Assembly (NCBI GenBank): GCA_964414145.1 | Contig: CAYPVH010000002.1 | Coordinates: 1-57,368, forward strand | Direction of reading: 5' to 3' | From: an uncultured Gammaproteobacteria bacterium | GTDB taxonomy: Bacteria; Patescibacteriota; Microgenomatia; UBA1406 | Length of the DNA stretch: 57,368 nt | In this document: one piece after another, positions 10,036-20,015 of the stretch | Layout: every line of letters begins with the position of its first letter | How positions within the stretch are numbered: the first letter of the stretch is position 1 | Made by a program: the position numbers and the translations under genes | Notes under the pieces: generated by a model | The model's database searches: none | Told to the model about the DNA's origin: nothing | Seen by the model: only the letters and a program-made list of their open reading frames with translations

Positions 10036-10344
10036 ATGCCTACAGGTAAAATTAGAGTTAAACTAAAAGCATACGACCACAAAGTATTAGAAGATACTTG
10101 TGAAAAGATTGTTAACACCGCAATCAAAACTGGTGGAGCAGTTATTGGACCAATTCCATTACCAACAAAACGAAGTTTAATTGTAGTTAACAAATCCCCC
10201 TTTACCGACAAAGACAGCCGCGAACATTTTGAAGTAAAAGAACATAAGAGATTGGTAGACATAGTAAATCCAACTCTTCAAACAATTGATGCGTTAACAC
10301 ATTTAGATATCCCGTCTGGAATTGACGTAGCGATAAAAATGTAA
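10036..10344 (+). CDS. rpsJ: 30S ribosomal protein S10
   Basis: KIRVKLKAYDH, GPIPLPT, REHFE. Confidence 0.99.
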   Translation: MPTGKIRVKLKAYDHKVLEDTCEKIVNTAIKTGGAVIGPIPLPTKRSLIVVNKSPFTDKDSREHFEVKEHKRLVDIVNPTLQTIDALTHLDIPSGIDVAIKM

Positions 10345-10422
10345 TATAATCAATGACTGTAAATATGCTGTTTTTATTTGTAAAACAGGAAGAAAGTTAG
10401 AAATAATATAAGATTGGTAGTT

Positions 10423-10456
10423 AAAAAGACCCACCAATCTGGGTCTTTTTTTATTT
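10423..10456 (+). terminator. Intrinsic terminator-like hairpin just before rplC
   Basis: AAAAAGACCCA-CCAATC-TGGGTCTTTTT followed by further T residues. Confidence 0.75.
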
Positions 10457-10463
10457 GAAAACA

Positions 10464-11147
10464 ATGATAGGTTTAATAATAGGAAAAAAAGGAATACAAA
10501 AACAAGGATTTGACGAGCAAAAAATTCGTCGTGTTTACACAGAGGTAAATGTAAGTCCGTGTTATGTTATTGATATTAAAACCAAAAAAGAAGACGGCTA
10601 TACTGCTATCAAAATTGGGACTCAAACCAAAAAAACCAAAAGTATTAAAAAGCCAATACTTGGGCAGGCAAAAAAAGCGGGAATTGAAAACCCGCTTAAT
10701 TTTATTCAGGAAGTTAGAATCAAAAAAGATCAAGATGTAGAAATCTATGAAGAAAATGGCAAAAAAGGTCTTAAATTAGGTGATTTAAAGTATTTTATAG
10801 GAATGAAAATTTTGCCAAGCTCTGTATTCAAAATCGGAGACGTTGTACAAGCAACCGGAGTCACAAAAGGTAAGGGCTTTCAAGGAGTTGTAAAAAGGTA
10901 CGGTTTTGCCGGAGGGCCAAAAACACACGGTCAGTCAGATAGGCTTAGGGCTCCGGGATCTATTGGTCAAGGTACAACCCCCGGACGAGTTTGGAAAGGT
11001 AAAAAAATGCCCGGAAGAATGGGTAGTGATACAAAAACAATTAAGGGATTGAAAGTAGCAGAAGTAGGTGAAAATTCGCTTACTGTTACCGGTGTTTTAC
11101 CAGGCTATGCAAATAATGTTTTATTAATTAGAACAGAAGTTAGATAA
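10464..11147 (+). CDS. rplC: 50S ribosomal protein L3
   Basis: KGKGFQGVVKR, HGQSDRLRAPGSIG, GKKMPGRMG; ATG 10464 preferred to TTG 10455. Confidence 0.98.
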   Translation: MIGLIIGKKGIQKQGFDEQKIRRVYTEVNVSPCYVIDIKTKKEDGYTAIKIGTQTKKTKSIKKPILGQAKKAGIENPLNFIQEVRIKKDQDVEIYEENGKKGLKLGDLKYFIGMKILPSSVFKIGDVVQATGVTKGKGFQGVVKRYGFAGGPKTHGQSDRLRAPGSIGQGTTPGRVWKGKKMPGRMGSDTKTIKGLKVAEVGENSLTVTGVLPGYANNVLLIRTEVR

Positions 11148-11152
11148 AGAAA

Positions 11153-11800
11153 ATGGCAAAAAAAACCTTAGTATTACCAATTATAAGTGGTGGTAAAGAA
11201 GTAAAGAAAACAGAATTACCTTCAGATATTTTTGATATTAAAGCTTCCGATAAGCTTATTGCGCAGTATGTTCATGTTTATCTTGCCAATCAAAAAAGAT
11301 TTATTAGTACTGTAAAAAGCAGGGGTGAAGTTAAGGGTTCAACCAGAAAAATCTACAAACAAAAGGGTACAGGTCGAGCCAGGCATGGAGATATTAAGGC
11401 GCCTATTTTTGTTGGTGGTGGTATTGCTCATGGTCCGGGCTTACAAGGCAAGAAAAAGGTATTGCCAAAAAAAATGAAGCGCAAAGCACTCTTTTTTACC
11501 CTTTCAAACAAAATCAAAGATAACAAACTTAAGATTATTGCCGATAGTTTGGTAAGTAAAGTAAAGAAAACCAAAGATGCCAGTGAGTTAATATCTAAAG
11601 TTACAGAAAAAAAAGATTACAAGAATATTATTCTGGTACTGCCTCACAAAGACGAAGTAAAAAAATATTTCCGTAATATTGAAAACGTCAATATGATAGA
11701 GGCAAACGGTTTGAATGCCTACTTTGTTATGAAGAGCAGGGCACTTTATTTTAGCGAAACAGCGCTGGCGGAATTTATTAATCTTTTCAACAAAAAATAA
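11153..11800 (+). CDS. rplD: 50S ribosomal protein L4
   Basis: KSRGEVKGSTRK, QKGTGRARHG, GGGIAHGP. Confidence 0.98.
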   Translation: MAKKTLVLPIISGGKEVKKTELPSDIFDIKASDKLIAQYVHVYLANQKRFISTVKSRGEVKGSTRKIYKQKGTGRARHGDIKAPIFVGGGIAHGPGLQGKKKVLPKKMKRKALFFTLSNKIKDNKLKIIADSLVSKVKKTKDASELISKVTEKKDYKNIILVLPHKDEVKKYFRNIENVNMIEANGLNAYFVMKSRALYFSETALAEFINLFNKK

Positions 11801-11802
11801 CA

Positions 11803-12081
11803 ATGGCTAAAACAACATTAATCAAACCATTAGTTACGGAAAAGTCAGTCAAAAATAGCCTGGTATATGTATTTGAAGTTGACAAACAGGCAGCAAGAAA
11901 TGAAATAAAAGAAGTTATAGAAAAGGCTTATAAAGTTGAGGTAGACAAAGTTAATACTCTAATTACCAAAGGAAAAATAAAGTCTGTTGGAAAAAAACGA
12001 GTTAAGAAAAAATTAGCTGACAAAAAGAAAGCTTATGTTACTTTAAAAAGTGGCGAAATTAAAGAATTTCCAAAAATCTAA
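11803..12081 (+). CDS. rplW: 50S ribosomal protein L23
   Basis: PLVTEKS, VDKVNT, KKAYVTL. Confidence 0.97.
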   Translation: MAKTTLIKPLVTEKSVKNSLVYVFEVDKQAARNEIKEVIEKAYKVEVDKVNTLITKGKIKSVGKKRVKKKLADKKKAYVTLKSGEIKEFPKI

Positions 12082-12087
12082 AATAAA

Positions 12088-12837
12088 ATGGGAAAAAGTA
12101 TAAAAAAGTTAAAACATATTTTAAAAAATCATGCCTCCCGAGACAATAAAGGCAGAATTACTGTTCATGGCAGGGGTGGCAGACATAAAAGATTGTATAG
12201 AATTATAGACTGGAGTAGAGAAGACAGGAATATAAAGGGTACGGTAATTAAAGTTGAATACGATCCAAATCGATCAACAAGCATTGCCCTGATTGAATAC
12301 GAGAATAAAGAAGTTAAATATATACTTAGACCAAAAGATTTGAATGTTGGAGATAAGGTAATTGCCGGCGAAAAAGCTCCAATTAAACCTGGGTCGGCAA
12401 TGCCTCTTAAAAATGTACCGGTTGGTGTTGAAGTACATAATATTGAATTAATACCGGGAAAAGGCGCTAAAATTGTTCGAAGCGCCGGTACCAGTGCCGT
12501 TATCATTGGAAAAGACGAAAAGTATGCTCATGTTAAGTTGCCTTCAAACGAAATCAGAAAAATAGACCTTGAGTCGTATGCTACAATTGGTCAGCTTGAT
12601 AATGAAGACAGAAAAAACCGAATTTTGGGTAAAGCCGGTAAAAAAAGATGGTTAGGAAGGCGACCAAAAGTTAGGGGTGTAGCTATGCATCCTGGTGCCC
12701 ATCCTCATGGTGGTGGTGAAGGCAGGTCTGGTGAAGGTATGCACCCGAAAGACAGATGGGGCAATCCAGCCAGAGGCACAAAAACCAGAAATAAAAAGAA
12801 GTCTTCCAACAAGTTAATAATTAAACGAAGAAAGTAA
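12088..12837 (+). CDS. rplB: 50S ribosomal protein L2 (short N-terminus)
   Basis: [24 protein letters not shown]. Confidence 0.99.
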   Translation: MGKSIKKLKHILKNHASRDNKGRITVHGRGGRHKRLYRIIDWSREDRNIKGTVIKVEYDPNRSTSIALIEYENKEVKYILRPKDLNVGDKVIAGEKAPIKPGSAMPLKNVPVGVEVHNIELIPGKGAKIVRSAGTSAVIIGKDEKYAHVKLPSNEIRKIDLESYATIGQLDNEDRKNRILGKAGKKRWLGRRPKVRGVAMHPGAHPHGGGEGRSGEGMHPKDRWGNPARGTKTRNKKKSSNKLIIKRRK

Positions 12838-12839
12838 AT

Positions 12840-13124
12840 ATGTCAAGATCGCTTAAAAAAGGACCATACATAGATAGCAAGCTTTTACAAAAAGTTGAAG
12901 CACAAAAAAAAGTTAATAAACGCACTGCTATTAAAACATGGGCAAGAACATCTCAAATTCCACCCGAATTTGTAGGACATACTTTCTTGGTTCACAATGG
13001 TAAAAAGTTTATCGAAGTCTATGTTTCCGAAGCCATGGTGGGCCATCGACTAGGCGAATTTGCCCTAACCAGAACTTTTAGGGGTCACGGTCGTGTTACA
13101 AAGAGAATTACAACCAAAACTTAA
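12840..13124 (+). CDS. rpsS: 30S ribosomal protein S19
   Basis: [27 protein letters not shown]. Confidence 0.99.
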   Translation: MSRSLKKGPYIDSKLLQKVEAQKKVNKRTAIKTWARTSQIPPEFVGHTFLVHNGKKFIEVYVSEAMVGHRLGEFALTRTFRGHGRVTKRITTKT

Positions 13125-13127
13125 AAA

Positions 13128-13538
13128 ATGGAAAAGACAGTTAAAACAAAATATATCAGAATGTCGCCAAAAAAATTACGAATGTTTGTTGATGAATTGA
13201 AACAAAAGAACGCAAATGAGGTCATGGATATGTTAAAATTGAACTTTACAAAAAGCGCTAAAATATTTGCCAAAGTAATAAAGAGCGGCATTGCTTTGTT
13301 TGACGAAAAAGACAAAGCCAATGTTTTAATAAAGAATACTTTAGTGAATGAAGGCCCGGTATTTAAAAGATGGCGAGCCGGAAGCAGGGGTATGGCAAAA
13401 AAGTATGTAAAAAGAACATCTCACATAGAGATGGTTTTTATTACTAAAGCTGAAAAAGAAACAGTTAAAAAAGAAAAAATAAAAGAAATCAAGAAGCAAA
13501 GTAAAAAAATAGTTAAAAAAGTAACCAATGGGAAATAA
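13128..13538 (+). CDS. rplV: 50S ribosomal protein L22 with Lys-rich C-tail
   Basis: RMSPKKLR, VNEGPVFKR, KRTSHI. Confidence 0.97.
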   Translation: MEKTVKTKYIRMSPKKLRMFVDELKQKNANEVMDMLKLNFTKSAKIFAKVIKSGIALFDEKDKANVLIKNTLVNEGPVFKRWRAGSRGMAKKYVKRTSHIEMVFITKAEKETVKKEKIKEIKKQSKKIVKKVTNGK

Positions 13539-14172
13539 AGTAAACGCTAACGCACTTAGACTAGGAGTATTAAGCACTTGGAAAAGTAGATGGTTTTTTA
13601 GTAACAAGAAACAGTTTCGAAATGCTTTAATTGAAGACATTAAAATACGAAAAGAATTAATGACTAAATTAAGACCAGCCGGCATAACACAGGTTGAAAT
13701 TGAAAGAAGTTTATCTGGCATGGATTTAATTCTACATTCTGCCCGTCCGGGTATGATTATTGGCCGTGGTGGTAAGGGTCTGGAAGACGTTAAGAAACTG
13801 GTTATGAATGCCCTTAATATCAATGAGTTAAAAAATAATGAAAACTACAAACTTGAAATCAAAGTAGAACAGGTAAAAAAACCGTTTCTAAACGCTCAAT
13901 ATGTTGGTGATTATATTTCTGAAAGAATTGAGAAGAATTTTTCACACCGTTATTTGGTTCACAATGTTATGAGTCGTGTTATGGAAAGTGGCGCTGTTGG
14001 TATTAAGATTGTATTAAGTGGGCGAATTAGAGGAGCTAGAATAGCCAGAACTGAAAAGTATCGTAGTGGAAAAGTTCCCCTTTCTTCAATAAAAGAAGAT
14101 ATTGTTTATGCGTCGTCGCCGGCTTTAACAAGAAACGGTTATGTTGGTGTAAAAGTTTGGATTTGCAGATAA
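13528..14172 (+). CDS. rpsC: 30S ribosomal protein S3
   Basis: MGNKVN..LRLG, RPGMIIGRGG, GVKVWI. Confidence 0.98.
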   Translation: MGNKVNANALRLGVLSTWKSRWFFSNKKQFRNALIEDIKIRKELMTKLRPAGITQVEIERSLSGMDLILHSARPGMIIGRGGKGLEDVKKLVMNALNINELKNNENYKLEIKVEQVKKPFLNAQYVGDYISERIEKNFSHRYLVHNVMSRVMESGAVGIKIVLSGRIRGARIARTEKYRSGKVPLSSIKEDIVYASSPALTRNGYVGVKVWICR

Positions 14173-14173
14173 C

Positions 14174-14587
14174 ATGTTAGCACCAAAGAGAACTAAACAC
14201 AGAAAGCAATTTAGAGGAGTATGGAGAAGAATTGCAACAAAAGGTAACAAAGTTAGTTTTGGTAGATATGGGTTGCAAACACTAGACCCGGAATGGATAA
14301 CAGATAGGCAAATCGAGTCATCTAGAGTAGTTTTGTCTCGAGAAACCAGAAAAATGGGCAGGTATTGGATTAGAATATTTCCTCATAAACCCTATTCCAA
14401 AAAGCCACTTGAAGTTGGGATGGGTTCGGGAAAGGGAGAAGTTTCTCATTATGTAAGCAGCGTTGTTCCCGGAACAATGCTTTTTGAACTAGACGGGGTA
14501 ACAAGTAGTGAAGCTAAAAGAATATTTAAAAAAGTTGCCAGTAAATTACCGGTACACACCCAGGTAATAGATAAAGAAAATGACTAA
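14174..14587 (+). CDS. rplP: 50S ribosomal protein L16
   Basis: MLAPKRTKHRK, WIRIFP, MGSGKG. Confidence 0.98.
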   Translation: MLAPKRTKHRKQFRGVWRRIATKGNKVSFGRYGLQTLDPEWITDRQIESSRVVLSRETRKMGRYWIRIFPHKPYSKKPLEVGMGSGKGEVSHYVSSVVPGTMLFELDGVTSSEAKRIFKKVASKLPVHTQVIDKEND

Positions 14588-14822
14588 AACTAAATTATTA
14601 AACATACGAGAGTTAAGAAAAAAAACTACTGGTCAGTTAATTAAAGTTTTGAATGAACAGCAGGTTGAAGTTAATAAGAGTCAAATTACTCTTAAATCTG
14701 ATAAACAAAAAGACAAAAATATTTTAAAACAAAATAAAAAAAATATTGCCAGAATCAAAACTGTTTTAAAAGAGAAAAGACTTATGCAAGTTACTGGCAA
14801 TGAGCAAGTTAATAAAAAATAA
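14580..14822 (+). CDS. rpmC: 50S ribosomal protein L29
   Basis: Position; ELRKK and NIARIKTVLKEK. Confidence 0.93.
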   Translation: MTKTKLLNIRELRKKTTGQLIKVLNEQQVEVNKSQITLKSDKQKDKNILKQNKKNIARIKTVLKEKRLMQVTGNEQVNKK

Positions 14823-14824
14823 TA

Positions 14825-15073
14825 ATGACAAAAATACTAACTGGTAGCGTTATATCAACAAAGATGGAAAAAACCGTAAAGGTTAGAGTCGAAAGAAAAT
14901 ATAGGCACCCTTTGTACGAAAAAGTTGTTCGGAAACATAAAAACTTTTTAGCCCATAATGAAAAAATTGAATTACAGACAGGTGATACGGTAAAAATCAA
15001 AGAAACAAGACCACTATCAAAAAACAAACATTTTGAGGTTATTGAAAAAATAGAAGTTAAAATAAAAAAGTAA
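14825..15073 (+). CDS. rpsQ: 30S ribosomal protein S17
   Basis: G.VISTKMEKT, HPLYEK, ETRPLSKNK. Confidence 0.98.
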   Translation: MTKILTGSVISTKMEKTVKVRVERKYRHPLYEKVVRKHKNFLAHNEKIELQTGDTVKIKETRPLSKNKHFEVIEKIEVKIKK

Positions 15074-15076
15074 AAG

Positions 15077-15448
15077 ATGTTGCAGTTGAGATCGGTTTTA
15101 AAAGTTGCCGATAATTCCGGTGCAAAGTACGTATCATTAATCGGAATTCCGGGTAGAGGAAATAAAGTAATTGCCAAACTAGGCGACGTGATAACTGTTG
15201 TTGTAAAAAAAGCAGATCCAACCGGTCAAGTAAGAACGCATCAGATTGTAAGAGCAGTAATTGTAAGAACAAAAAAAGAATTTGGAAGACCAGACGGCTC
15301 GTATATCCGATTTGATGAGAACGCCTGTGTTATTCTCGACGCAAAGACAAAGGTGCCTAAGGGTTCAAGAATCTTTGGGCCAATTGCCAGAGAAATAAAA
15401 CAATTTGGTTTTAATAAGATTGCAAGTTTAGCAAAGGAAATATATTAA
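15077..15448 (+). CDS. rplN: 50S ribosomal protein L14
   Basis: VADNSGAK, IRFDENA, RIFGPIARE. Confidence 0.99.
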   Translation: MLQLRSVLKVADNSGAKYVSLIGIPGRGNKVIAKLGDVITVVVKKADPTGQVRTHQIVRAVIVRTKKEFGRPDGSYIRFDENACVILDAKTKVPKGSRIFGPIAREIKQFGFNKIASLAKEIY

Positions 15449-15450
15449 AA

Positions 15451-15762
15451 ATGAAAATTAAAAAAGGTGATAAAGTTATTGTGATACAAGGCAGAGATAA
15501 GCTAAAGTCTGGCGTGGTCGAAAGAGTTTACGAAAAATCAGATAAGTTGCTTATTAAGGGAATAAACTTGTATAAAAAACACGTTAAGAAGAGCGAAGCC
15601 TTTCCAAAGGGTGGTATTGTAGAAGTTGAACGCTCCCTTATTGCCAGTAAGGTAATGTTGGTTTGCCCAAAATGTAAAAAAAGAGCCAGGGTTTCCTACA
15701 AGATAGATAATAAAGGCAATAGGCAAAGAGTTTGTCGACAATGCAAACAAGTTATTAAGTAA
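15451..15762 (+). CDS. rplX: 50S ribosomal protein L24
   Basis: IKKGDKV.VIQGRDK, GGIVEVE, CPKC...RVCRQC. Confidence 0.97.
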   Translation: MKIKKGDKVIVIQGRDKLKSGVVERVYEKSDKLLIKGINLYKKHVKKSEAFPKGGIVEVERSLIASKVMLVCPKCKKRARVSYKIDNKGNRQRVCRQCKQVIK

Positions 15763-15767
15763 AAAAT

Positions 15768-16313
15768 ATGAACGCTTTATTAAAAAAATATCAAACAGTT
15801 ATAGTGCCAGAGCTTAAAAAAGATCTTAAGCTTAAAAATGTAATGGCGGTACCAAAGGTACTAAAGATAGTTATTAATATGGGATTGAATGATGCCGTTG
15901 GTAATAAGGGTGTTATCGATAAGGCTCGAAAACAAATTGAAATAATTACTGGCCAAAAAGCTTCAGTAACTAAGGCAAGGAAATCAATTTCAGCCTTTAA
16001 GCTAAGAAAAGGAATGCCAATGGGTCTTAAAGTTACTCTCAGAGGAATAAGAATGTTTGATTTTCTAGAGAAAATTGTTAAAATAGTACTCCCGCGTCAG
16101 AGAGATTTTAAAGGCATATCAGAAAAAGGCTTTGATGGCTTGGGCAACTTGAATATCGGTTTCAAAGAACAAACGATTTTTCCCGATCTTGAATATGATC
16201 AGATCGACCGACCAAGAGGCATCGAGGTAACTATTGTTACTTCGTCAGCAAAGAATGATCAGGCAAAAATATTATTAGAAAAAATTGGAATACCTTTTAA
16301 AAAAGAACAATAA
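15768..16313 (+). CDS. rplE: 50S ribosomal protein L5
   Basis: KIVINMG, FKLRKGMPMG, RDFKG, EQTIFP. Confidence 0.99.
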   Translation: MNALLKKYQTVIVPELKKDLKLKNVMAVPKVLKIVINMGLNDAVGNKGVIDKARKQIEIITGQKASVTKARKSISAFKLRKGMPMGLKVTLRGIRMFDFLEKIVKIVLPRQRDFKGISEKGFDGLGNLNIGFKEQTIFPDLEYDQIDRPRGIEVTIVTSSAKNDQAKILLEKIGIPFKKEQ

Positions 16314-16316
16314 AAA

Positions 16317-16502
16317 ATGGCAAAACTTAGTGATGTAGTTAAATTTGAAAGAGAGCAAAAGTATAAAACAAAACATGTCAACAGATGTAAAATTTGTGGT
16401 AGGTCTAGAGCTTATATAAGACGGTTTGGACTATGCAGAATTTGTTTTAAAAAAGAAGCAGTTGCAGGGAATATTCCCGGCGTATTAAAAGCTTCATGGT
16501 AA
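16317..16502 (+). CDS. rpsN: 30S ribosomal protein S14 (Zn-binding type Z)
   Basis: RCKICGR...GLCRIC; ends KASW. Confidence 0.98.
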   Translation: MAKLSDVVKFEREQKYKTKHVNRCKICGRSRAYIRRFGLCRICFKKEAVAGNIPGVLKASW

Positions 16503-16509
16503 AAAAAAT

Positions 16510-16905
16510 ATGGTAGTATCAGATAATATTGGCGATTTATTAATCAGAATTAAAAACAGTTATATGGCTTCCAAGCTAAGGTTAGAAGTTTGGCATTCCA
16601 AAGAAAACGAAAATCTTTTAAGCGTATTAAAGGAAATTGGATTTGTTAAAGATTATAAAACAAGAGAGCTTGAAGGCAATAAAAAGATGTTAGATATAGA
16701 TTTACTCGATACCTATAAAGGTTTAAAAATTGATGTTAAAAGAATTAGTAAACCCGGTAGGCGCAGGTATATTAAATTCAAAGATATCTATAGCATAAAG
16801 GGTGGTAAGGGCAATATTCTTATCAGTACTTCAAAGGGAATCATGACGGGAAAAGTTGCCAAAGAAAACAAGTTAGGCGGCGAGTTACTTGCCGAAATTT
16901 TTTAA
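16510..16905 (+). CDS. rpsH: 30S ribosomal protein S8
   Basis: DLLIRIKN, RISKPGRRRY, ISTSKGIMT, GGELL. Confidence 0.98.
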   Translation: MVVSDNIGDLLIRIKNSYMASKLRLEVWHSKENENLLSVLKEIGFVKDYKTRELEGNKKMLDIDLLDTYKGLKIDVKRISKPGRRRYIKFKDIYSIKGGKGNILISTSKGIMTGKVAKENKLGGELLAEIF

Positions 16906-16907
16906 AT

Positions 16908-17450
16908 ATGTCAAAAATAGGAAAAAAACCAATTCCGGTACCAAGTGAGGTGCAGGTAGAAATAGAAAAAAACAGGATCACTGTTAAAGGACCACAAGGA
17001 ACAGGCGTAGTAAATTTACCGGAAAGAATTACAGTTAAGTTAAAAGAAAACGAACTAATTATCGAAAAGCCCAAAAATATCGAAAATGGGAGTGCTCTTT
17101 ATGGTTTGTCCAGAACCTTAGTTGACAACATGGTTCAAGGTGTAACAAAAAAATGGGAAAAAGTGTTGGAAATTCATGGGGTTGGGTACCGAGGAAAGTT
17201 GGAAGGTGGAAAATTAAATTTAGCCTTGGGATTCTCACATCCGGTAATTTACCAAATTCCAAAAGAAGTTGAAATATCAGTCAAAGGAAATAAGGTAGTA
17301 ATACAAGGAATAGACAAACAACTGGTTGGCGAAGTAGCGGCGAAAATAAAAAGCTTTAAAAAGCCGGATAAGTACAAAGGTAAAGGAATTAGGTATCAAG
17401 GTGAGATTTTAAAATTAAAGCCAGGTAAAAAAGCTAAAACAGCTGCATAA
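16908..17450 (+). CDS. rplF: 50S ribosomal protein L6
   Basis: MSKIGKKPI, GVGYR, LGFSHPV, YKGKGIRY. Confidence 0.99.
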   Translation: MSKIGKKPIPVPSEVQVEIEKNRITVKGPQGTGVVNLPERITVKLKENELIIEKPKNIENGSALYGLSRTLVDNMVQGVTKKWEKVLEIHGVGYRGKLEGGKLNLALGFSHPVIYQIPKEVEISVKGNKVVIQGIDKQLVGEVAAKIKSFKKPDKYKGKGIRYQGEILKLKPGKKAKTAA

Positions 17451-17468
17451 TTTAATTAACAAAAAAAA

Positions 17469-17831
17469 ATGAAAGTACAAAGTTTACAAAAAAAAACCAA
17501 AAAACAAAGGCAGAGAACTACAAGAAGGGTTCGTGCACCAATTTTAGCTGGTAAAAATCGACCCCGTTTGTCGGTTTATCGATCTCTTAATCATATTTAT
17601 GCACAAATAATTGATGATACTTCAAGAAAAACACTAGTGTCATTTTCAGATTTAAAAATGACCGAGAAAAAAAGTAAAATCGATTCAGCTAAAGAGGTGG
17701 GAAAAAAGATTGCAGAACTGGCACTAAAGAAAAAAATTAGCACTGTTGTTTTTGATCGTTCTTGGTATCGATTTCATGGTAGAGTTAAAGCATTAGCCGA
17801 ATCGGCAAGAATTGCAGGTTTAAAATTTTAA
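17469..17831 (+). CDS. rplR: 50S ribosomal protein L18
   Basis: [33 protein letters not shown]. Confidence 0.98.
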   Translation: MKVQSLQKKTKKQRQRTTRRVRAPILAGKNRPRLSVYRSLNHIYAQIIDDTSRKTLVSFSDLKMTEKKSKIDSAKEVGKKIAELALKKKISTVVFDRSWYRFHGRVKALAESARIAGLKF

Positions 17832-17843
17832 TAAAACAAAATA

Positions 17844-18290
17844 ATGGAAGAAGTTAAGGAATTACAAGAAAAAGTATTACATATTAGACGGGTTTCTCGG
17901 AAAGTACCCGGTGGTAATTATGTATCGTTTTCAGCCCTTGTGGCTGTTGGAGATATGCAGGGCGGTTTGGGTATTGGTCTTGCCAAAGCTCTTGAAGTAC
18001 CAAAAGCTATCGAAAAAGCGCTTCGAAAAGCCAAAAAGAGGATGGTAAAAATTGACCTTAAAGGAACAACTATTCCTTACGACACGGTTATTAAATACAA
18101 TGCTTCCAAAGTACTTCTTAAACCGGCTGCCGAAGGAACCGGTTTAAAAGTTGGTAGTGTAATTAGGCCATTAATGGAAATTGCCGGAGTAAAAGATCTA
18201 TCCGGTAAAATCCTTGGCTCTAATAATAAGATTAACCTAACATACGCAATATTTAAGGTTTTTAAAGAGTTTAAAGCCAGGCAGAAATGA
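17844..18290 (+). CDS. rpsE: 30S ribosomal protein S5
   Basis: [32 protein letters not shown]. Confidence 0.97.
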   Translation: MEEVKELQEKVLHIRRVSRKVPGGNYVSFSALVAVGDMQGGLGIGLAKALEVPKAIEKALRKAKKRMVKIDLKGTTIPYDTVIKYNASKVLLKPAAEGTGLKVGSVIRPLMEIAGVKDLSGKILGSNNKINLTYAIFKVFKEFKARQK

Positions 18291-18736
18291 CAAAACTAAA
18301 TCAACTTACAAGTATTACAGAAAAAAGGAAAAAGCGAATTGGTAGGGGTTGGTCCTCAGGCGCTGGTAAGTATAGTGGCCGTGGTATAAAAGGTCAGAAA
18401 AGCCGGGGAAAGATTAAATCATTCTTTGAAGGAGGTCAATCGCCGCTTTCAACAAAATTACCAATGCTTAGAGGTAAAGGGAAAAATAAATCAATAAAAG
18501 ACAAGGTTGTTGTAATTAACGTTTCTCAACTTGAAGCGCGAGATCAAATAAAGAAAGGCGCTACAATCAACGAAGCATCACTAATTAAAAGTGGTTTAAT
18601 AAAAAAGAGCCAAACAAAGAGAGAAATTAAACTTCTCGGTATGGGTAAACTAAGTAAAAAGTTAATAATTGAAATTAAAGCGTCAACAAGCGCAATCAAA
18701 AAAGTTAAAGCAGCTGACGGTGAATATAAATATTAA
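18287..18736 (+). CDS. rplO: 50S ribosomal protein L15
   Basis: [28 protein letters not shown]; ATGA overlap with rpsE. Confidence 0.98.
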   Translation: MTKLNQLTSITEKRKKRIGRGWSSGAGKYSGRGIKGQKSRGKIKSFFEGGQSPLSTKLPMLRGKGKNKSIKDKVVVINVSQLEARDQIKKGATINEASLIKSGLIKKSQTKREIKLLGMGKLSKKLIIEIKASTSAIKKVKAADGEYKY

Positions 18737-20015
18737 ATCTTTTATCAAAGATATTTGGGAAAACAGAGCGCTTCGAAAAAAGCTTATCTTTACCTTAGCT
18801 GTCCTTGTTGTCTTCAGACTCTTTTCATACGTTACTATTCCAACAATCGATATAGAAAAATTAAGGAGCTTTTTCGCTTCGAACCAATTTTTAATATTAT
18901 TGGATATTTTTAGTGGTGGTACCTTGTTAAATTTTTCTATTCTAGCTACTGGTCTAAATCCATATATTAATGCCTCTATTGCTATTCAACTGTTTACTAT
19001 GATTTATCCCCCTCTTGAAGCTCTTTCTAAAGAAGGTGAGTACGGGCGGAATAAAATAAACCAGTATACGCGTATGCTAACCTTACCTATTGCTTTTTTT
19101 CAAGCGATTGGTATGTATTTCTTCTTAAAAAATCAAGCAATAATTGGAGCACTCAGCTTTATGGAATTAATTGTTTTTGCTGTTTCACTAACTGCAGGTA
19201 CTTTTATATTGGTTTGGTTGGGTGAATTAATTTCGGAATTTGGTATTGGTAACGGAATTTCATTTATCATTCTTGCCGGTATTGTAGGAAGGATTCCTGT
19301 AGTTTTGGTACAGTCATTTAATTTACTCAGTGCCGAAAACGTAGTTCCGGCACTAACCTTAGTTGCCATATCGTTTGCCGTGATTATTTTGGTGGTAGTA
19401 TTAAACGAAGCTAAACGAAAAATTCCCGTTTATTACGCTAAGCGTGTTAGAGGGGGCAAGATGTATGGTGGCGCAACAAACTATTTACCAATCAAACTAA
19501 GTCAAGCAGGGGTAATACCAATTATTTTTGCTGTTTCTTTTGTGCTTTTTCCACAATTAATTGGTAATTTTCTGGCAAGTTCTGCAAATTCAACTTTGGC
19601 CGGGATTGGTGAGTTATTTGTTACAGTTTTTAATGCCAATGGCATTATTTATAATTTAATTTACTTTTTATTGGTTATTGTGTTTACTTTTTTCTATTCA
19701 TCTGTAATCTTTAATCCTCAAAAAATATCTGAAGAAGTTCAAAAGCATGGTGGTTTTATTCCAGGAATTAGACCGGGTCAAAAAACCAAGGAATTTTTAC
19801 AAACAACACTTTACAGATTAACCTTTGTTGGTGCGGTATTTTTGGGCTTAATTGCGGTTTTGCCCAATATTCTTTCTGCCTTTACCGGGTTTAAATCACT
19901 TTTTTTTGGTGGCACCAGTATACTTATTGTAGTTTCGGTAATTCTCGAAACTTATAAAGTAATACAGGCACAGTTAGCGGTTCAAGGCTATGATAAGTTG
20001 CAAACCAGTTTATGA
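18720..20015 (+). CDS. secY: Preprotein translocase subunit SecY
   Basis: [49 protein letters not shown]; GTG 18720 is the likelier start than 18669. Confidence 0.98.
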   Translation: MNINIKSFIKDIWENRALRKKLIFTLAVLVVFRLFSYVTIPTIDIEKLRSFFASNQFLILLDIFSGGTLLNFSILATGLNPYINASIAIQLFTMIYPPLEALSKEGEYGRNKINQYTRMLTLPIAFFQAIGMYFFLKNQAIIGALSFMELIVFAVSLTAGTFILVWLGELISEFGIGNGISFIILAGIVGRIPVVLVQSFNLLSAENVVPALTLVAISFAVIILVVVLNEAKRKIPVYYAKRVRGGKMYGGATNYLPIKLSQAGVIPIIFAVSFVLFPQLIGNFLASSANSTLAGIGELFVTVFNANGIIYNLIYFLLVIVFTFFYSSVIFNPQKISEEVQKHGGFIPGIRPGQKTKEFLQTTLYRLTFVGAVFLGLIAVLPNILSAFTGFKSLFFGGTSILIVVSVILETYKVIQAQLAVQGYDKLQTSL

